Shown here piece after piece: positions 20,131-31,451 of a DNA stretch of 64,000 bases. The notes beneath the pieces are model-generated. The model was not told where the DNA came from. It saw only the letters and a program-made list of their open reading frames with translations, and ran no database searches. The DNA is from Verrucomicrobiales bacterium (GTDB lineage Bacteria; Verrucomicrobiota; Verrucomicrobiia; Verrucomicrobiales; SLCJ01). A program made the translations under genes and the position numbers. Each line of letters starts with the position of its first letter. Positions within the stretch are counted from its first letter, which is position 1. The stretch lies in NCBI GenBank assembly GCA_046075565.1, contig JBJTQJ010000117.1:1-64000 (forward strand), in the 5' to 3' direction.

Positions 20131-21636
20131 TCAATTGCTTTCTCCGCCGGTGCCGGGCAGGAAGCGGTAGTAGGCCTCGAGGCTGAGGGCGTTCAAGCAG
20201 AGGCGGTAGATGTCCGCATCACGCCCACCGGCTGAAGTCGAGGTCGCGCCTTTGCCGAAGTTGCCTTCTTGTTTCCAGATGCCGTCCTCGTTCTGGTTGT
20301 CGAGTAGTTGGTCCCGCCATTTTTTGTTCCAGCGGTCCCACGTGGAGCCGCCTTTCTGGAACAAGCACAAGGTCGTGTAATACCAGGCGTAAAGATTGCA
20401 ATCCGGCGAATGATAGACCGGGTCCATTTCCTTCGACATCCAGCGGATGGCCTCACGAGCCGGGCGGCTGTTCTCTTTCCCCCACATCTGGAAGCAGAGG
20501 GCCCCCACACCCGCGAGACGTTGGTCGTTCGGACTCCCCTTGCCCGTGTAACCGAAAGTCCCGCTTTCGTTCTGGACTTGCTCGAGACGCTTGAGCGCGC
20601 GATCCACCGCCTTTTCAATGTCCTTCTTCTCTAAGCCGGCGTGGGAAGCAGCCTTGAGCGCCTGCACGTGCCAGCCAAAAATGGAGGTATCTCCGGGTCG
20701 GCTGCTCGCCTTGCTGTAATTGTAATCCCACGAACCGCTCGGGTGCTGTCCGTCGAGGACGATTTGCACCGCCTTTTCACACGTCTCCTGTAGGCTCGGA
20801 AACGGCATCTTGAGTTCTTTGATGAAGATGAGGGCCTCGCAGAGGGCATAGGTGCCAATGGCGTGCTCATAGACCCAGCCATGGCCCCCGATCATGGAGA
20901 GTTTTCCATTCTGGCCGTTGCCCATATTGACAAGGAATGTGATCGCCATGGTGACGGTCTGCCCATACTCCCGCGAGCGCGGGGTTTCGCAGTGGCCGAG
21001 GAACGCGAGCAGGGCCAGTCCGGTCATCGACGCCTTGTATTGCGTTCCCCAGGAGCCATCGGAATTCTGATTCGCCTTCAACCAACGCAGCGAACGCACG
21101 ACCGCGGCTTCACATTCTTCATTTCCCCCGCCCTCACGCAAACGCTTGAGACGTTCCTGTGTTGTGCATCGACCTTGAATGTCGGGAGGCAAATTCTCAA
21201 TTTCGTTCTGGCCGTCTCCGATGCCGTCGGGACCACCGAAACCCATACCCATGGCGGCGCCAGAACCAATCTGGGAAAGATTGCTCTGGATGGTTGGCGG
21301 AGCGAAGACGGGAGAAGAAGTGTTCGGCGCGGTGATCACCTTCATGCCCGTGGAAGGCGCCGTTGGCTTCGCCTTCGCCACCCGCAGATTGGGTGTGGAG
21401 GTCACTTGCTCTGTTGGCTCGAGCCTGATTTTTTCATCTATGATTTCCATGGCATCCTCCTGCAAGGCGGGCAAGAGGATCAAAGTCAGGAAGAGGATGG
21501 CGACGAGATGCACGGCGACCGTCACGATTAATGCCGAATACTTGCCGGCCTTCTCGCGTTGGCGGTGGAGGGCCTGGGCCCTTTCGAAATTGAAATGGGC
21601 GATGGACTCAGCATTGGCGTAGGTTGGCGATTCCAT
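20131..21636 (-). CDS. Membrane-anchored prenyltransferase/squalene oxidase repeat protein (paralog 2)
   Basis: Same architecture; C-terminal domain very similar to 18438-19937. Confidence 0.85.
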   Translation of the reverse strand: MESPTYANAESIAHFNFERAQALHRQREKAGKYSALIVTVAVHLVAILFLTLILLPALQEDAMEIIDEKIRLEPTEQVTSTPNLRVAKAKPTAPSTGMKVITAPNTSSPVFAPPTIQSNLSQIGSGAAMGMGFGGPDGIGDGQNEIENLPPDIQGRCTTQERLKRLREGGGNEECEAAVVRSLRWLKANQNSDGSWGTQYKASMTGLALLAFLGHCETPRSREYGQTVTMAITFLVNMGNGQNGKLSMIGGHGWVYEHAIGTYALCEALIFIKELKMPFPSLQETCEKAVQIVLDGQHPSGSWDYNYSKASSRPGDTSIFGWHVQALKAASHAGLEKKDIEKAVDRALKRLEQVQNESGTFGYTGKGSPNDQRLAGVGALCFQMWGKENSRPAREAIRWMSKEMDPVYHSPDCNLYAWYYTTLCLFQKGGSTWDRWNKKWRDQLLDNQNEDGIWKQEGNFGKGATSTSAGGRDADIYRLCLNALSLEAYYRFLPGTGGESN

Positions 21637-21829
21637 GGATCGGCGGGTTGTTATGAATCTCGCGATCTGAATCCGCCGGGACCCAAGATATCGCTCGACT
21701 CAGCTAACCAAGGAACGGTTTGCCCGCGCGATTTGTTGGCGAAATTATTCGGGCAAAAGTTTCCGGAGCGATTCCTCCGGGAATCCGGCGCGCGGGGCAA
21801 GAGCCGAGAAGGCACGTAGTGAAGCAGGC

Positions 21830-21939
21830 ATTGATTGAATTCCCTAGCTTGCGGGTCGAGTTGGAAACGCCATTCACCGTCGATCATGAAAACGATTGGC
21901 GCACCTGAAGCCGATCAACAAACGATGAAGAGGCATCAT
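21830..21939 (-). pseudogene. Possible remnant of the 5' end of a GH2-type glycosidase gene
   Basis: IDGEWRFQLDP resembles the (L)xGxWxFxxD first strand of GH2 sugar-binding domains; upstream ATG overlaps the esterase stop but is out of frame. Confidence 0.35.
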
Positions 21940-22760
21940 GGCACCTCCGTGGATCTTTCCCCCGCCTCTTTGCAGAGGAGTTCAATCAATGGAGCCGGAT
22001 CCAGCAAGCCGTGAGGGTGGTGGTTGCCTCCTTCTTTTGCGAACGTCTTCAACCGGCCTCCGGATTTTTCCCACAGTTCGATCATGGGCTTCGCGTTATC
22101 GACATAGGGAACCGTCTGGTCGGCCGTTCCATGAACCGAGATCAAAAAGACTCCATTCTTGATGGCGGGAGCCAGACCGTCGGTCGGCCGGATGGATTTT
22201 TCTATGGCTTCCTCATCGGAAGTGAACTTGAACTCGGTTTTGTAGAGCTCCCAGTCACGCTTGCTTCCCCCTCCCTTCTCCACAAGCTGGAGTCCACCGG
22301 GCCAGGAACGAATGTCACAGACCCCATTGTCCAGATAGAGCACACTCACGCGATCCGGATGCAGGCGGGTCCAGGCATTCACATAGAGCCCGCCGCGCGA
22401 GATCCCGAGCAGGGCGGGACGCGCGGCCAGTCCCCGTTTCCCGTGCAAGTGCTCATAGGTCTTTTCCCATGCAGCCATGGCACGTGGGGAACCGAACTGG
22501 TTGCTCACATTCACATACGCGACATGCCAGCCCTTGGCGAGCAGTCCACTTTCCAGGGTTTTCAAATGGCCGGCGAACTCCCCCACCCACAGCCACGGTT
22601 TGCCCGGAGCCGCTTCTGCGGGAACTTTCAATTGCAACGCCGTGCCGCCGATGTCAATTTTTTCAATCGTAAATGCCGGCGGGAGCGCCGGTTCATCCTT
22701 AGCGGGATAGGCAGGCAGGAGAAGAAGCGATGTCAACAAGCCGAGTAGATGGGTTTTCAT
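21936..22760 (-). CDS. Secreted alpha/beta hydrolase (putative carbohydrate esterase)
   Basis: Signal peptide, GISRGG nucleophile, HGTAD, NHHPHG. Confidence 0.82.
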   Translation of the reverse strand: MKTHLLGLLTSLLLLPAYPAKDEPALPPAFTIEKIDIGGTALQLKVPAEAAPGKPWLWVGEFAGHLKTLESGLLAKGWHVAYVNVSNQFGSPRAMAAWEKTYEHLHGKRGLAARPALLGISRGGLYVNAWTRLHPDRVSVLYLDNGVCDIRSWPGGLQLVEKGGGSKRDWELYKTEFKFTSDEEAIEKSIRPTDGLAPAIKNGVFLISVHGTADQTVPYVDNAKPMIELWEKSGGRLKTFAKEGGNHHPHGLLDPAPLIELLCKEAGERSTEVP

Positions 22761-22813
22761 ATGAATCGGGTCAGGATTAACGAGCAGGCGAGTTCAAATA
22801 TGGCTGTGCCCTT

Positions 22814-24415
22814 TCATTTCGTTAGATCAAGCATGGCTTTACCCATCGCCTCGCCGATGAGCAGGAAAGACTCGGCGTTCTCATAAAAATCCCACTCTCT
22901 GCCGCCGGGAGACTCTTTCTTCGGAAAAAAGAATGGGATGGCTTCAATGGTGGCCACGCCTGGAATCGATTTTCCGGCTGCGAGTTGGGCATCGTAAACC
23001 TGGCGCTGGTCTGCGTTCATCTTTTCGCCATGCTGGCCGAGGGCCGCCACGACAAAGGGGAGGTTTGGATTCGAGAATTCTTTGCGAAGATCGGAGATCA
23101 AAGCGGAAAGGTTATTCTGGTAGGCGGCGGCAAATGCCGGCGATTGGGCGTCGGCGATACCTTGGAACCAGACAAAGCCGGCCAGCTCGGGCCGATGGCC
23201 GGAGAATGGAGGACAGTATCGGTCGACGTCCGCGAGCGCCGTCTTGATGGAATCCACGAGTTCCAGATACTCCTGGCCATTGAGCAGGTATTGTTTGAAG
23301 TCCACCCAGCTATCAACCATTCGTGCGCCCGTGCCCGAGTGTTCCCCATTGCCGGGATTCTTGGCCACGAATGCCTTGCCATCGAGTTTCTTCTTCACCT
23401 TTTCCCAATACGAGCCGGTGATGGAATCGCCGATGAACAAGACCCGTGGCAACGGGCGCGACGGGTTCTGGCGGTTCTTCAAAGCCTCAAGGACGAATTC
23501 CGTGACCTTGGGCGAAAGATCCCCGACGTCGTGAACATCAAGGGCTTTCGGTTTTCCCATGCGGCGGCATTCCGCATTGAGATCAACAATGATGACCCCA
23601 TTCTCGTTCATGATCTTGGCGGCAACCTCGTTGTATTTGTCAACCATGGCTCCGCCGGCATATCCCGGCGGGGTGTCTTCAAGAATCGGCGTGGTGCTGG
23701 CCCAGATGAGCGAGGCCTTGGTTTGCTTTAAACGGGCGACAATGGTGCGGAGATTTTTCTCGTATTCTTCAATCGGGATGCGGATGCTCCCCTGCCCGTT
23801 GTTAAATCGTTTTCCGGTCTTGTAGTCGATCGTCTGCTGGTCCCACACGCCGTGGTTGAAATGGATGACATCCCATCCGCCATCAAGATCGAGTCCGCCG
23901 CCACCGGTCGGGGATAGGAAGTCATAACCGAGCGAACGCGAGCCACGTCGGAACCAGATTTCGTGTTTCGTGGCGAAACGGATCAGCAGGACCGGCGCTT
24001 CGGTGGCTTCGCCAACCGTCTCGCCGAACATCAATTCGGCTCCGACACCAAAACCGCGCGGATCCGCCGAATCCACTGGCACACCGAGCAAGCGGGCCGG
24101 GTCGCGTGTGTTGTTCGAAAGCTGATGCGCATCGTAGAGAGCGACATCCGAGCGGGTCCTCCATTGGCCATCGTCATTCTTCAGGAAGGAAAAGCGCGGA
24201 TTCTCCTTCATCACATTGAGAAGGATGCCTGGCTTGGCGGCTGCTGCAGCCTGATCGATTTTTTTCTCGCCCGGACCGCGCGCCATCCCATCGATCGAAC
24301 CGGTGCGGAGAAAATTCTCATCCCCGGCGAGGACGAAGACCTTGAGTGGTTTATCGGCGGCGCTCGCGAAAGACGCTAAGCAACCGAAAGCGATGAGAGA
24401 GTGGAAGAAACGCAT
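22814..24415 (-). CDS. Secreted sialate-O-acetylesterase-like (SASA) protein containing a nested, circularly permuted SGNH hydrolase
   Basis: Host motifs VFVLAG, GAELMFG, PVLLIRFA, FVWFQG; insert WDVIHFNHG...DVH precedes LPRVLFIGDS. Confidence 0.8.
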   Translation of the reverse strand: MRFFHSLIAFGCLASFASAADKPLKVFVLAGDENFLRTGSIDGMARGPGEKKIDQAAAAAKPGILLNVMKENPRFSFLKNDDGQWRTRSDVALYDAHQLSNNTRDPARLLGVPVDSADPRGFGVGAELMFGETVGEATEAPVLLIRFATKHEIWFRRGSRSLGYDFLSPTGGGGLDLDGGWDVIHFNHGVWDQQTIDYKTGKRFNNGQGSIRIPIEEYEKNLRTIVARLKQTKASLIWASTTPILEDTPPGYAGGAMVDKYNEVAAKIMNENGVIIVDLNAECRRMGKPKALDVHDVGDLSPKVTEFVLEALKNRQNPSRPLPRVLFIGDSITGSYWEKVKKKLDGKAFVAKNPGNGEHSGTGARMVDSWVDFKQYLLNGQEYLELVDSIKTALADVDRYCPPFSGHRPELAGFVWFQGIADAQSPAFAAAYQNNLSALISDLRKEFSNPNLPFVVAALGQHGEKMNADQRQVYDAQLAAGKSIPGVATIEAIPFFFPKKESPGGREWDFYENAESFLLIGEAMGKAMLDLTK

Positions 24416-24446
24416 GAGATACTGTCGGTTCTTGCGGCTGGACCGC

Positions 24447-27260
24447 TCAGAGTTTTTCGCTACGGATGGTTTTGCTCTCCCCGTTGACCATGACTTTCAC
24501 ATCAGCGGGCTGAGGCGAACGGATTTTGAAATTCACCACTTTCCCCTTTTTCCATTCGAAATCGACTTGATGTCCGCCACGGGCGCGGAAGCCGGTCACT
24601 TTGCCCTCCGGCCAGACATCCGGCAGGGCGGGAAGCAGATGGATGATGCCCCCGTGGGTTTGCAGCAGCATTTCCGCGACGGCGGCGGTGCCACCGAAGT
24701 TTCCGTCAATCTGGAATGGCGGGTGCAGGCAGAAGAGATTCTGCCCTCCCTTCGCGATGAGCATGTTGAGCAGTTTGTGGGCGTGGTTGCCGTCGTGCAG
24801 GCGGGCCCAGAAATTCGATTTCCATGCCATCGACCATCCGGTGCTGGCATCGCCCCGGCGCTCCAGACTGATACGCGCGGCCTTGGCAAGCTCAGGTGTG
24901 GCCAACGGGGTAATCTCGTCGTGGGGATGCAATCCATAAAGATGCGAAACATGGCGGTGGTTGATCTCCGGCTCTTCGTAGTCTTCGAGCCATTCCATGA
25001 TCTGTCCGTGTTTCCCGATTCGGTTCGGAGGTAGTTTGGCAATGGTTTCGACGAGTTGTTTTCGGAATGCATCGTCGACTCCCAGGATTTCCGCGGCCTT
25101 GATGCAATTGCCGAACAGTTCGCGCAGAATCTGATTGTCCATGGTGGGCCCCATGCAGATCCGGGCCGTCTGCCCATCGGCGGTTTTGAATGAGTTCTCC
25201 GGAGAATTCGAGGGCGCGGTGACCAGATAGCCGGATTTCGGATCGGTGATGAGCATGTCGAGGAAAAACTCCGCCGAGCCCTTCATGATTGGGTAGGCGT
25301 ATTCGAGGAATTTCTTGTCGCGGTTATAGTCATAATGTTCCCACAAATGATCGCACAACCAAGGCGAACCGGTGGCCGTTGCCCCCCACCCCGCTTGTTC
25401 GCCCGGCGCGGTGAAACCCCAGACATTGGTGATCACGTGGGCCACCCATCCCTTCGCATTGTAGTATTCCTTCGCCGTGATGGCACCGGGTTCCTGCAGC
25501 GACTCGATGAGTTTGAACAAAGGCGTGTGGCAATCGCCAAGACCGGTGACTTCGGCCGGCCAGTAGTTCATCTGCACGTTGATGTCGATATGGTAGTCGC
25601 CATTCCATGGAGTTTGGATGCCTTCGGCCCAGATGCCCTGCAGGTTGGCGGGCATGGTGCCCGGACGCGAGCTGCCGATGAGCAAATAACGACCGCAGTT
25701 GAAATAAAGCGCTGCCAGCGAAGGGTCGGTGCCGCCCTTGGCGAGCGCGGCATGGCGCTGATCGGTCGGCAAGGCCGCGGTATTCGCGCTCTCGGACTTC
25801 CCATCATCCAGCCGAAGGCTCACCCGGTCAAAATAGGAGCGGTGTTCGGCGACGTGCGCGGCGCGGAGTTGCCCATACGATTTCTTTTCCGCTTTCTGGA
25901 TATCCTCCTTTGTGGCTTGCAACGGGTCGGCGGTATTGCGTCCCGCGAAGCCCTGGTAGTTGGTGCCGGCCGCCACCAGAATGACAACCTCATTGGCGGA
26001 GTCCACGATCACGTTGTTCCCTTCGGTCTTGACCGTGCCGCCGGATGGGATGGCGCGGAGGCGGGCGACAAACTTCATGCCTTCCACATCGGGGCTTCCG
26101 CTCAATGTGTTGCCGGTCATCAACAGCCCGGAGTCACCATCGGCGGCGGTTTCAAAGTTCTGCAAGCGGCTCAGCGTCGCCGTGAAGGATATCTTCCCGG
26201 GCTGGTCGGCGGAAAAACGGAAGGCCATCACCTGATCGACGGCGGTGGAAAAAGCCTCGCGCGTGTAAGTGACACCATTCTTCCGGTACGACACGGAAGC
26301 CACGGCATCACGCAAGTCGAGCGCCCGCCGGTAATTATCGACGCTCTCCGCCGGCTCCAGGGAAATGGAGACGGGCAACTGGCCTCGACCCCGGTAATTC
26401 GAACATTGGATGGCAATGAGATTGTCGCCTGTTTTGAGGAAACGGTTGATGTCGACGTTGAACAATTCGTGCCCGCTGGCCTGCCAGCCGGGAAGTTGCC
26501 CGACCATTTCGCCATTCACGAAGACTTGTCCCTGGCGTGCGGCGGAGTCGATGCGCAAGACACCGAGTTCGGACCGTCTGGCCTCCGACAAATTGAGGTG
26601 ATGGCGCAGAACGACACGGTTATCTTTCTCCAGTGTGCGCCCGCCAATCGTGGCCTTGCCATCGGCAATCTGATACTCGACCCAGCCGTTCTCATCGACC
26701 CCGGGCTTTACCAACCCGTCCATGACGCGGCCCACCTCGGCTCGTTGATCGCGGATATCGCCGGTAGCCGGTTCGATGAGCTTGTATCTCCAGTTGGGCA
26801 GCGGCTGCGAGGCTACATCCGATTTCCAGACCACATTGAGGTTTCCGAGTTCCTGGAAACATCCCCAGGGACCATTCGCTCCGCCTCTGGAGCCTCCGCC
26901 AGTGCAAGTGAACGTTTGATTGACCATCGCCTCTGCCTCCTCGTTTTTGCCGGCGAGGAGCAGCTCGCGGATTTTGGGCAGATTCTTCGAGGCATCCTTG
27001 CGGTTCCAATCCACGCGCGTGCCGGACCAGACAGATTCCTCGTTGAGGGCGATACGTTCACGGCCGATACCGCCGAAAATCATCGCGCCGAGGCGACCAT
27101 TGCCAATCGGCAGTGCCTCCATTTGCCAACTGGCGGCCGGTTTTTGATACCAAAGTGTTGTCGATGGATCAAAGCCGGTCTTCTCCTCGCCGCGGCAAAT
27201 GGTTACCGAGAGAAGGATGGCGGCGGCAATGAACGGAGATGAAGAAAAGCGCGCTTTCAT
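24447..27260 (-). CDS. GH95 alpha-L-fucosidase
   Basis: [60 protein letters not shown]. Confidence 0.94.
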   Translation of the reverse strand: MKARFSSSPFIAAAILLSVTICRGEEKTGFDPSTTLWYQKPAASWQMEALPIGNGRLGAMIFGGIGRERIALNEESVWSGTRVDWNRKDASKNLPKIRELLLAGKNEEAEAMVNQTFTCTGGGSRGGANGPWGCFQELGNLNVVWKSDVASQPLPNWRYKLIEPATGDIRDQRAEVGRVMDGLVKPGVDENGWVEYQIADGKATIGGRTLEKDNRVVLRHHLNLSEARRSELGVLRIDSAARQGQVFVNGEMVGQLPGWQASGHELFNVDINRFLKTGDNLIAIQCSNYRGRGQLPVSISLEPAESVDNYRRALDLRDAVASVSYRKNGVTYTREAFSTAVDQVMAFRFSADQPGKISFTATLSRLQNFETAADGDSGLLMTGNTLSGSPDVEGMKFVARLRAIPSGGTVKTEGNNVIVDSANEVVILVAAGTNYQGFAGRNTADPLQATKEDIQKAEKKSYGQLRAAHVAEHRSYFDRVSLRLDDGKSESANTAALPTDQRHAALAKGGTDPSLAALYFNCGRYLLIGSSRPGTMPANLQGIWAEGIQTPWNGDYHIDINVQMNYWPAEVTGLGDCHTPLFKLIESLQEPGAITAKEYYNAKGWVAHVITNVWGFTAPGEQAGWGATATGSPWLCDHLWEHYDYNRDKKFLEYAYPIMKGSAEFFLDMLITDPKSGYLVTAPSNSPENSFKTADGQTARICMGPTMDNQILRELFGNCIKAAEILGVDDAFRKQLVETIAKLPPNRIGKHGQIMEWLEDYEEPEINHRHVSHLYGLHPHDEITPLATPELAKAARISLERRGDASTGWSMAWKSNFWARLHDGNHAHKLLNMLIAKGGQNLFCLHPPFQIDGNFGGTAAVAEMLLQTHGGIIHLLPALPDVWPEGKVTGFRARGGHQVDFEWKKGKVVNFKIRSPQPADVKVMVNGESKTIRSEKL

Positions 27261-30200
27261 GGATTCGTGGTTGGAAGTATAGCGGATTCGATGGATGCGG
27301 GTCCGAGCAGACCATTCTTTTGAGACAGATTGTCTTTGCCGGGAGAATACGGGATGGATGCGTGACTGAGACGCTTTCCGGGTGGCAAGGCGGCGTCTGC
27401 GGCCAATCTATTGTGCCACGAGTTGGTGACGCGGATACCAAGCGTGTTCTGCCCTTCGGCGACGAAGTCGGTGATATCGAGACGCCATGGCTTGGTCCAA
27501 ACGGTCCCGGCTGTCTTCCCATTCACCGTAACCGTGGCAATCACTCCCACGTCTCCCAGCGAAAGCATGGTTCGTTCGCCTTTCCCCGGTTTCGCGAGGG
27601 TGAATTTGGTTTCGTAGTCAGCCTGCCCCGAATAATGGCGAATGGACTCATTCTCATGCCGGGTCCAATCGAGCAAGGTGGTGAAATCGGTTTCCCCGGG
27701 GGCGCCTTGGCCATGGAAACGCACCTTCCAATCGCCATCGAGTGCGGCGATCGTCCGCATCGTCGGGCTATTCGTGGCGGCCGGGCCGACCACCTCCGGC
27801 CCGATGGCACGGCCGAAGACCACAAAGATGCTTTCGGAGGCATCGAGTTTGAGTGGAACGAGCGTGCGCCCGTCGCGTTGGCTGAATGCTGCCGCTGCGG
27901 ATATGGCACCGGAATCTGCATTCCACAATTCGGGTTGGCGTCCGATCACCCGCATGGATGCGGTGAACTCGACCGGAGTATCGGTGGTATTCGATAGGAA
28001 ATAGATTTCGTGCTCGGGCGATGTGCGGTGATGGAAAACGATGCCACCCTTTTTACCGATACCGATTTTTCCCGCTCCCGCTGCGGCGCAAAGCAGTGGC
28101 TGGTCGGCGAGAACCGTCACGTCAGGCTCAACCTTGAGATCGGCGAGCAGCGTTCCGAGATCGATGCCATCATGCACCTTGCCGCTGCCGAAGGCGTGGG
28201 TCTTTGGCGAACCGCCTTCGAATGCTCCCCAGACTTCACCGGCGATTTTTGCCAAATCCTGATCACTTGCGGGAAACCCTGCGAGCGATGGACTGGAAAC
28301 CGGTTTCGGTCCGAGCACGGTGGCGCCGTCACGAACGAGCCGCCGGATCGTATCGGCCACCTGCGGACGCATGATGGTTTGTTTGGGGAGGACAAGAACG
28401 GCATAGGAAGGGCCGTCGGGCACCGTGATCCGACCGTTCTTGACGGTGGCACGATTGATGAGCACATCGGAATTGATGTAATCGAAGTCATATCCGGCCG
28501 GCAGTTCCGGATCCCGAGGGCCTTGCATCGATGGGGCATTCTCTCCGATGTAGTAAGCGACATCGATGACGGGCACGCCTTGTTTGAGCAGCACCGAACA
28601 ACGGCGCGTGTAATCGATGAACGCCTTCGATTGCTCAAACCAGGTGTTGTGCCGGTTGAAAGGCGTGCCGAACCAGGCGGTGATACCTGGTTTGCGCTCG
28701 TCCGGTTGATGGATATACACGTGAAGGATCTGATGATTGACGCCGGCTCCATAGGCCCAATCGCACCATTGTTTCATCGAAGCCGGTGACTGCGTGAAAC
28801 TGCGGTTGGACGTGAAGGCTTCGGAGTAAACATCATTGCGTCCGTAAACATGGGAACAGCTCGAGGCGGCGCGGCATTCGATGTTATGGAGTGGCTCATT
28901 GTTTTCCCAGAACTCGGCCCCAACTTGATCGCTCTTCGAGCCATAAAACAAGAATTCCGAAGCAAACCCCCAGTGACCGTAATTTTCATGCCAGAGCGTG
29001 AGCTGGTTTTCGTTGGCCACTTCGCGTAATCCACCGACATATTCGGTGGCGATGGATTCCGAAATGAGATGCCGCCAGTCCCAGAGAAAACGTGTGGATA
29101 CTTCCGGACTATCCACGACCCTTCCGGTCAGACACGGCAAAAATCGGACGGGAGAGTATCCGTAACGTTTCTCGAACTTCTCCACCAGCCCGTCGGTCCA
29201 ATTCTGCGGCCCGGTTTCGTAGCTGTCGGCAATGACATACTTCAGCGCCTTCCGATCTTGCGGCGGCGTGCGGCGAAGAAATTCTCCCATCATACCGTCG
29301 AAAAGCGCGCGCACATGTTCGCGGCTCATTTTGTCCACTTCTAATCCCCTGCTCTCCGGGCTCGCGGGAGCGCACTGGGTCCCGATGGGAATCATGCCCG
29401 CGCGCATGACCACCCAACGTCCGGGAGGCGCGTCCCAGACCAACCGGCCTTTGGCGTCCATTTTGCCGGTGAGATTGATGACATTCGATGAACCTACCGC
29501 GCTTCCGGCGGCGACTTTTCCCTGCTCATTCCAAACATAGGAATCCCAGGGTGGCAATACCGAAGGACTCGTCTCGCCAAGCTGCTTGCGCACATATCCC
29601 GCGATGACGGCGCGGCGACTCAAGGCCAGCTTGGAAAAGGTGACCGGCTTGGTCGAAGTCAGGTTCACCCGCAGGTATCTCGCTTTCGTTTCCGGGAATG
29701 ACACGAGAAGCGGATCTGTATTGCGTGGTCCTTGGTGTCCGCGTTGCTCCACGTGGCGGGCATGCTCGCGGAAATTCCGACCATCATCGGAAATGGATAC
29801 CACGCAGGTCAGCGTATGGCCGAAGTCGCGCGTTTCCAATTTCAGGCTTTGCACCGCGCCCACTGCATCCTTCCGATCCAAGTCGATCTGCAGCGTTTTG
29901 GGCCCAACCTTAAATGGCCCCTTCGCTACGGGCGCTGGGCTGGAAATCTTGACCGAGCTCATGTCGATATCCGCCGACTCCTTCTCCGGTTGCTGGAAAG
30001 CGATCACCCGGACATCCTGGTAGTCTTTTTCCGTGAATTTCTCGCCGGTCGCGACGGGCTTGGAGCCATTGACCACCGGAAAGGTTTTGATCTCCGGCAC
30101 CGGAAGCGCGAGATCGACGCGTTTTCCACCTTCAACGACCGTCTCGCTGGCGGCGAGATAACGCATGGACTGTGAGGATTTCACCCACGGACCACCCGAC

Positions 30201-30556
30201 TGGGACCAACCGGGTGAGTTGAAAAAGCCGATCTCAACCCCGCAGCGATCCGCTTCTTTCACGGCCCATTGAAGAGCTTCCCACCAGGCATCGCTCATGA
30301 ATGGCACCTTGCCTACCGGCGTTTCCCAACGCGCGCCCTCCCCGAAGATATGGCCGATGTAGGCACGCCCGATCCCGACCTTGGCCATGGCTTCCAGGTC
30401 CCGCGTGATGCCTTCTTTGGTGACATTGTCATTGATCCAATACCAGTAACATCCCGGACGTGTGTCCGGCGCGGGATTCCGGAATGATGCATCCAAAGTT
30501 GGGGACGCGGATACTGTTGCAGCGGCGACCGCAGAAAAAATGAAAGTGCGGATCAT
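27257..30556 (-). CDS. GH106 alpha-L-rhamnosidase-like glycoside hydrolase
   Basis: [48 protein letters not shown]; start MIRTF gives a signal peptide. Confidence 0.88.
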   Translation of the reverse strand: MIRTFIFSAVAAATVSASPTLDASFRNPAPDTRPGCYWYWINDNVTKEGITRDLEAMAKVGIGRAYIGHIFGEGARWETPVGKVPFMSDAWWEALQWAVKEADRCGVEIGFFNSPGWSQSGGPWVKSSQSMRYLAASETVVEGGKRVDLALPVPEIKTFPVVNGSKPVATGEKFTEKDYQDVRVIAFQQPEKESADIDMSSVKISSPAPVAKGPFKVGPKTLQIDLDRKDAVGAVQSLKLETRDFGHTLTCVVSISDDGRNFREHARHVEQRGHQGPRNTDPLLVSFPETKARYLRVNLTSTKPVTFSKLALSRRAVIAGYVRKQLGETSPSVLPPWDSYVWNEQGKVAAGSAVGSSNVINLTGKMDAKGRLVWDAPPGRWVVMRAGMIPIGTQCAPASPESRGLEVDKMSREHVRALFDGMMGEFLRRTPPQDRKALKYVIADSYETGPQNWTDGLVEKFEKRYGYSPVRFLPCLTGRVVDSPEVSTRFLWDWRHLISESIATEYVGGLREVANENQLTLWHENYGHWGFASEFLFYGSKSDQVGAEFWENNEPLHNIECRAASSCSHVYGRNDVYSEAFTSNRSFTQSPASMKQWCDWAYGAGVNHQILHVYIHQPDERKPGITAWFGTPFNRHNTWFEQSKAFIDYTRRCSVLLKQGVPVIDVAYYIGENAPSMQGPRDPELPAGYDFDYINSDVLINRATVKNGRITVPDGPSYAVLVLPKQTIMRPQVADTIRRLVRDGATVLGPKPVSSPSLAGFPASDQDLAKIAGEVWGAFEGGSPKTHAFGSGKVHDGIDLGTLLADLKVEPDVTVLADQPLLCAAAGAGKIGIGKKGGIVFHHRTSPEHEIYFLSNTTDTPVEFTASMRVIGRQPELWNADSGAISAAAAFSQRDGRTLVPLKLDASESIFVVFGRAIGPEVVGPAATNSPTMRTIAALDGDWKVRFHGQGAPGETDFTTLLDWTRHENESIRHYSGQADYETKFTLAKPGKGERTMLSLGDVGVIATVTVNGKTAGTVWTKPWRLDITDFVAEGQNTLGIRVTNSWHNRLAADAALPPGKRLSHASIPYSPGKDNLSQKNGLLGPASIESAILPTTNP

Positions 30557-30818
30557 GGCGAGGACCTCGGGTTGCGACGCGCTGGAACGGTGAACGGATG
30601 GTAAATCCACTTCGGATGGATACGCAGATCCGGCGGGACTCTTTCCACTGAAACCAATGCAATGGTGACTATCAATCTACCGGTTTGGCCAAAATTTCCA
30701 GCAGGTGGCGCATCTCATCGTCGAGGTCAGGATTGGGCAGGTTGGGATTGGATTCTGTGTTCACAACCGGTTTCTGAATGATTTCCTCGGGCTGGTTCCA
30801 CTATTTCCGAAAATTTTT

Positions 30819-31325
30819 TCAAAGCTGGACGGGTCCACCCTTCAAAAGCGCCAATTCTTTCTCGCAGGCGGCGAGTTTGGCCGTGCATTCGGCGAGTCGT
30901 TCGCCGAGCAGACGGGCGACAAACCGGTAAAGAGCGGCAAAAAACAAACTGCGCTGGTCGGGCGAAAGTCGGTCGAGGAATCCGCTTTCCACCCGCAGAC
31001 AGAACCCGTGGGTGAGGCCTTCGACGGTGGCGCTTCGTGCCTCGCCGTTCAGCAAAGCCAACTCGCCGATGAGCGCGCCGGTCTCATCGATGCGTGCGAC
31101 TTCTTCCACCCCTTTCACCACCCGCGCCGCCCCCTTGAGCAGGATACAGAAGTCTTCTGATTGGTCCCCTTCCTTCAGAATGATGTCGCCGGGCAAGAAT
31201 TCCAGCACACTCGAACGGGCGAGCAGTCCATCGAGGGTTTTGCCTTCAAGTTGCGCCAAAAAAGGAATCTTCGCCAGGGTCGGCGGCAGGCGGCCGGGTT
31301 CGTGATTGAAAGGAATGATGCGCAT
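30819..31325 (-). CDS. Stand-alone cyclic nucleotide-binding domain protein
   Basis: ILKEGD, GELALLNGEARSATV phosphate-binding cassette; no HTH. Confidence 0.85.
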   Translation of the reverse strand: MRIIPFNHEPGRLPPTLAKIPFLAQLEGKTLDGLLARSSVLEFLPGDIILKEGDQSEDFCILLKGAARVVKGVEEVARIDETGALIGELALLNGEARSATVEGLTHGFCLRVESGFLDRLSPDQRSLFFAALYRFVARLLGERLAECTAKLAACEKELALLKGGPVQL

Positions 31326-31451
31326 GCAGGGATGCTGCCATCAACCGCGGGCGTTGTCGATGGGTTTGTGTGGGAACAAAATGGGGAGATCGGGCGTCCT
31401 GCCCGTGGTTAGTAAAAAAGGTTCGGGCGGAGATGCCCGCTCCCTTTATGC

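Noticed and set aside
18438-21636. Diversity-generating retroelement TR/VR pair, or squalene-hopene cyclases
   Set aside because: No reverse transcriptase, both copies are full genes, and there is no DxDD motif or two-domain cyclase length.
25335-27242. Long antisense ORFs (also 857-1945, 5230-6324, 18612-19790, 38621-39706, 44931-46289)
   Set aside because: They mirror well-supported genes, carry no motifs, and are expected from codon bias in GC-rich DNA.
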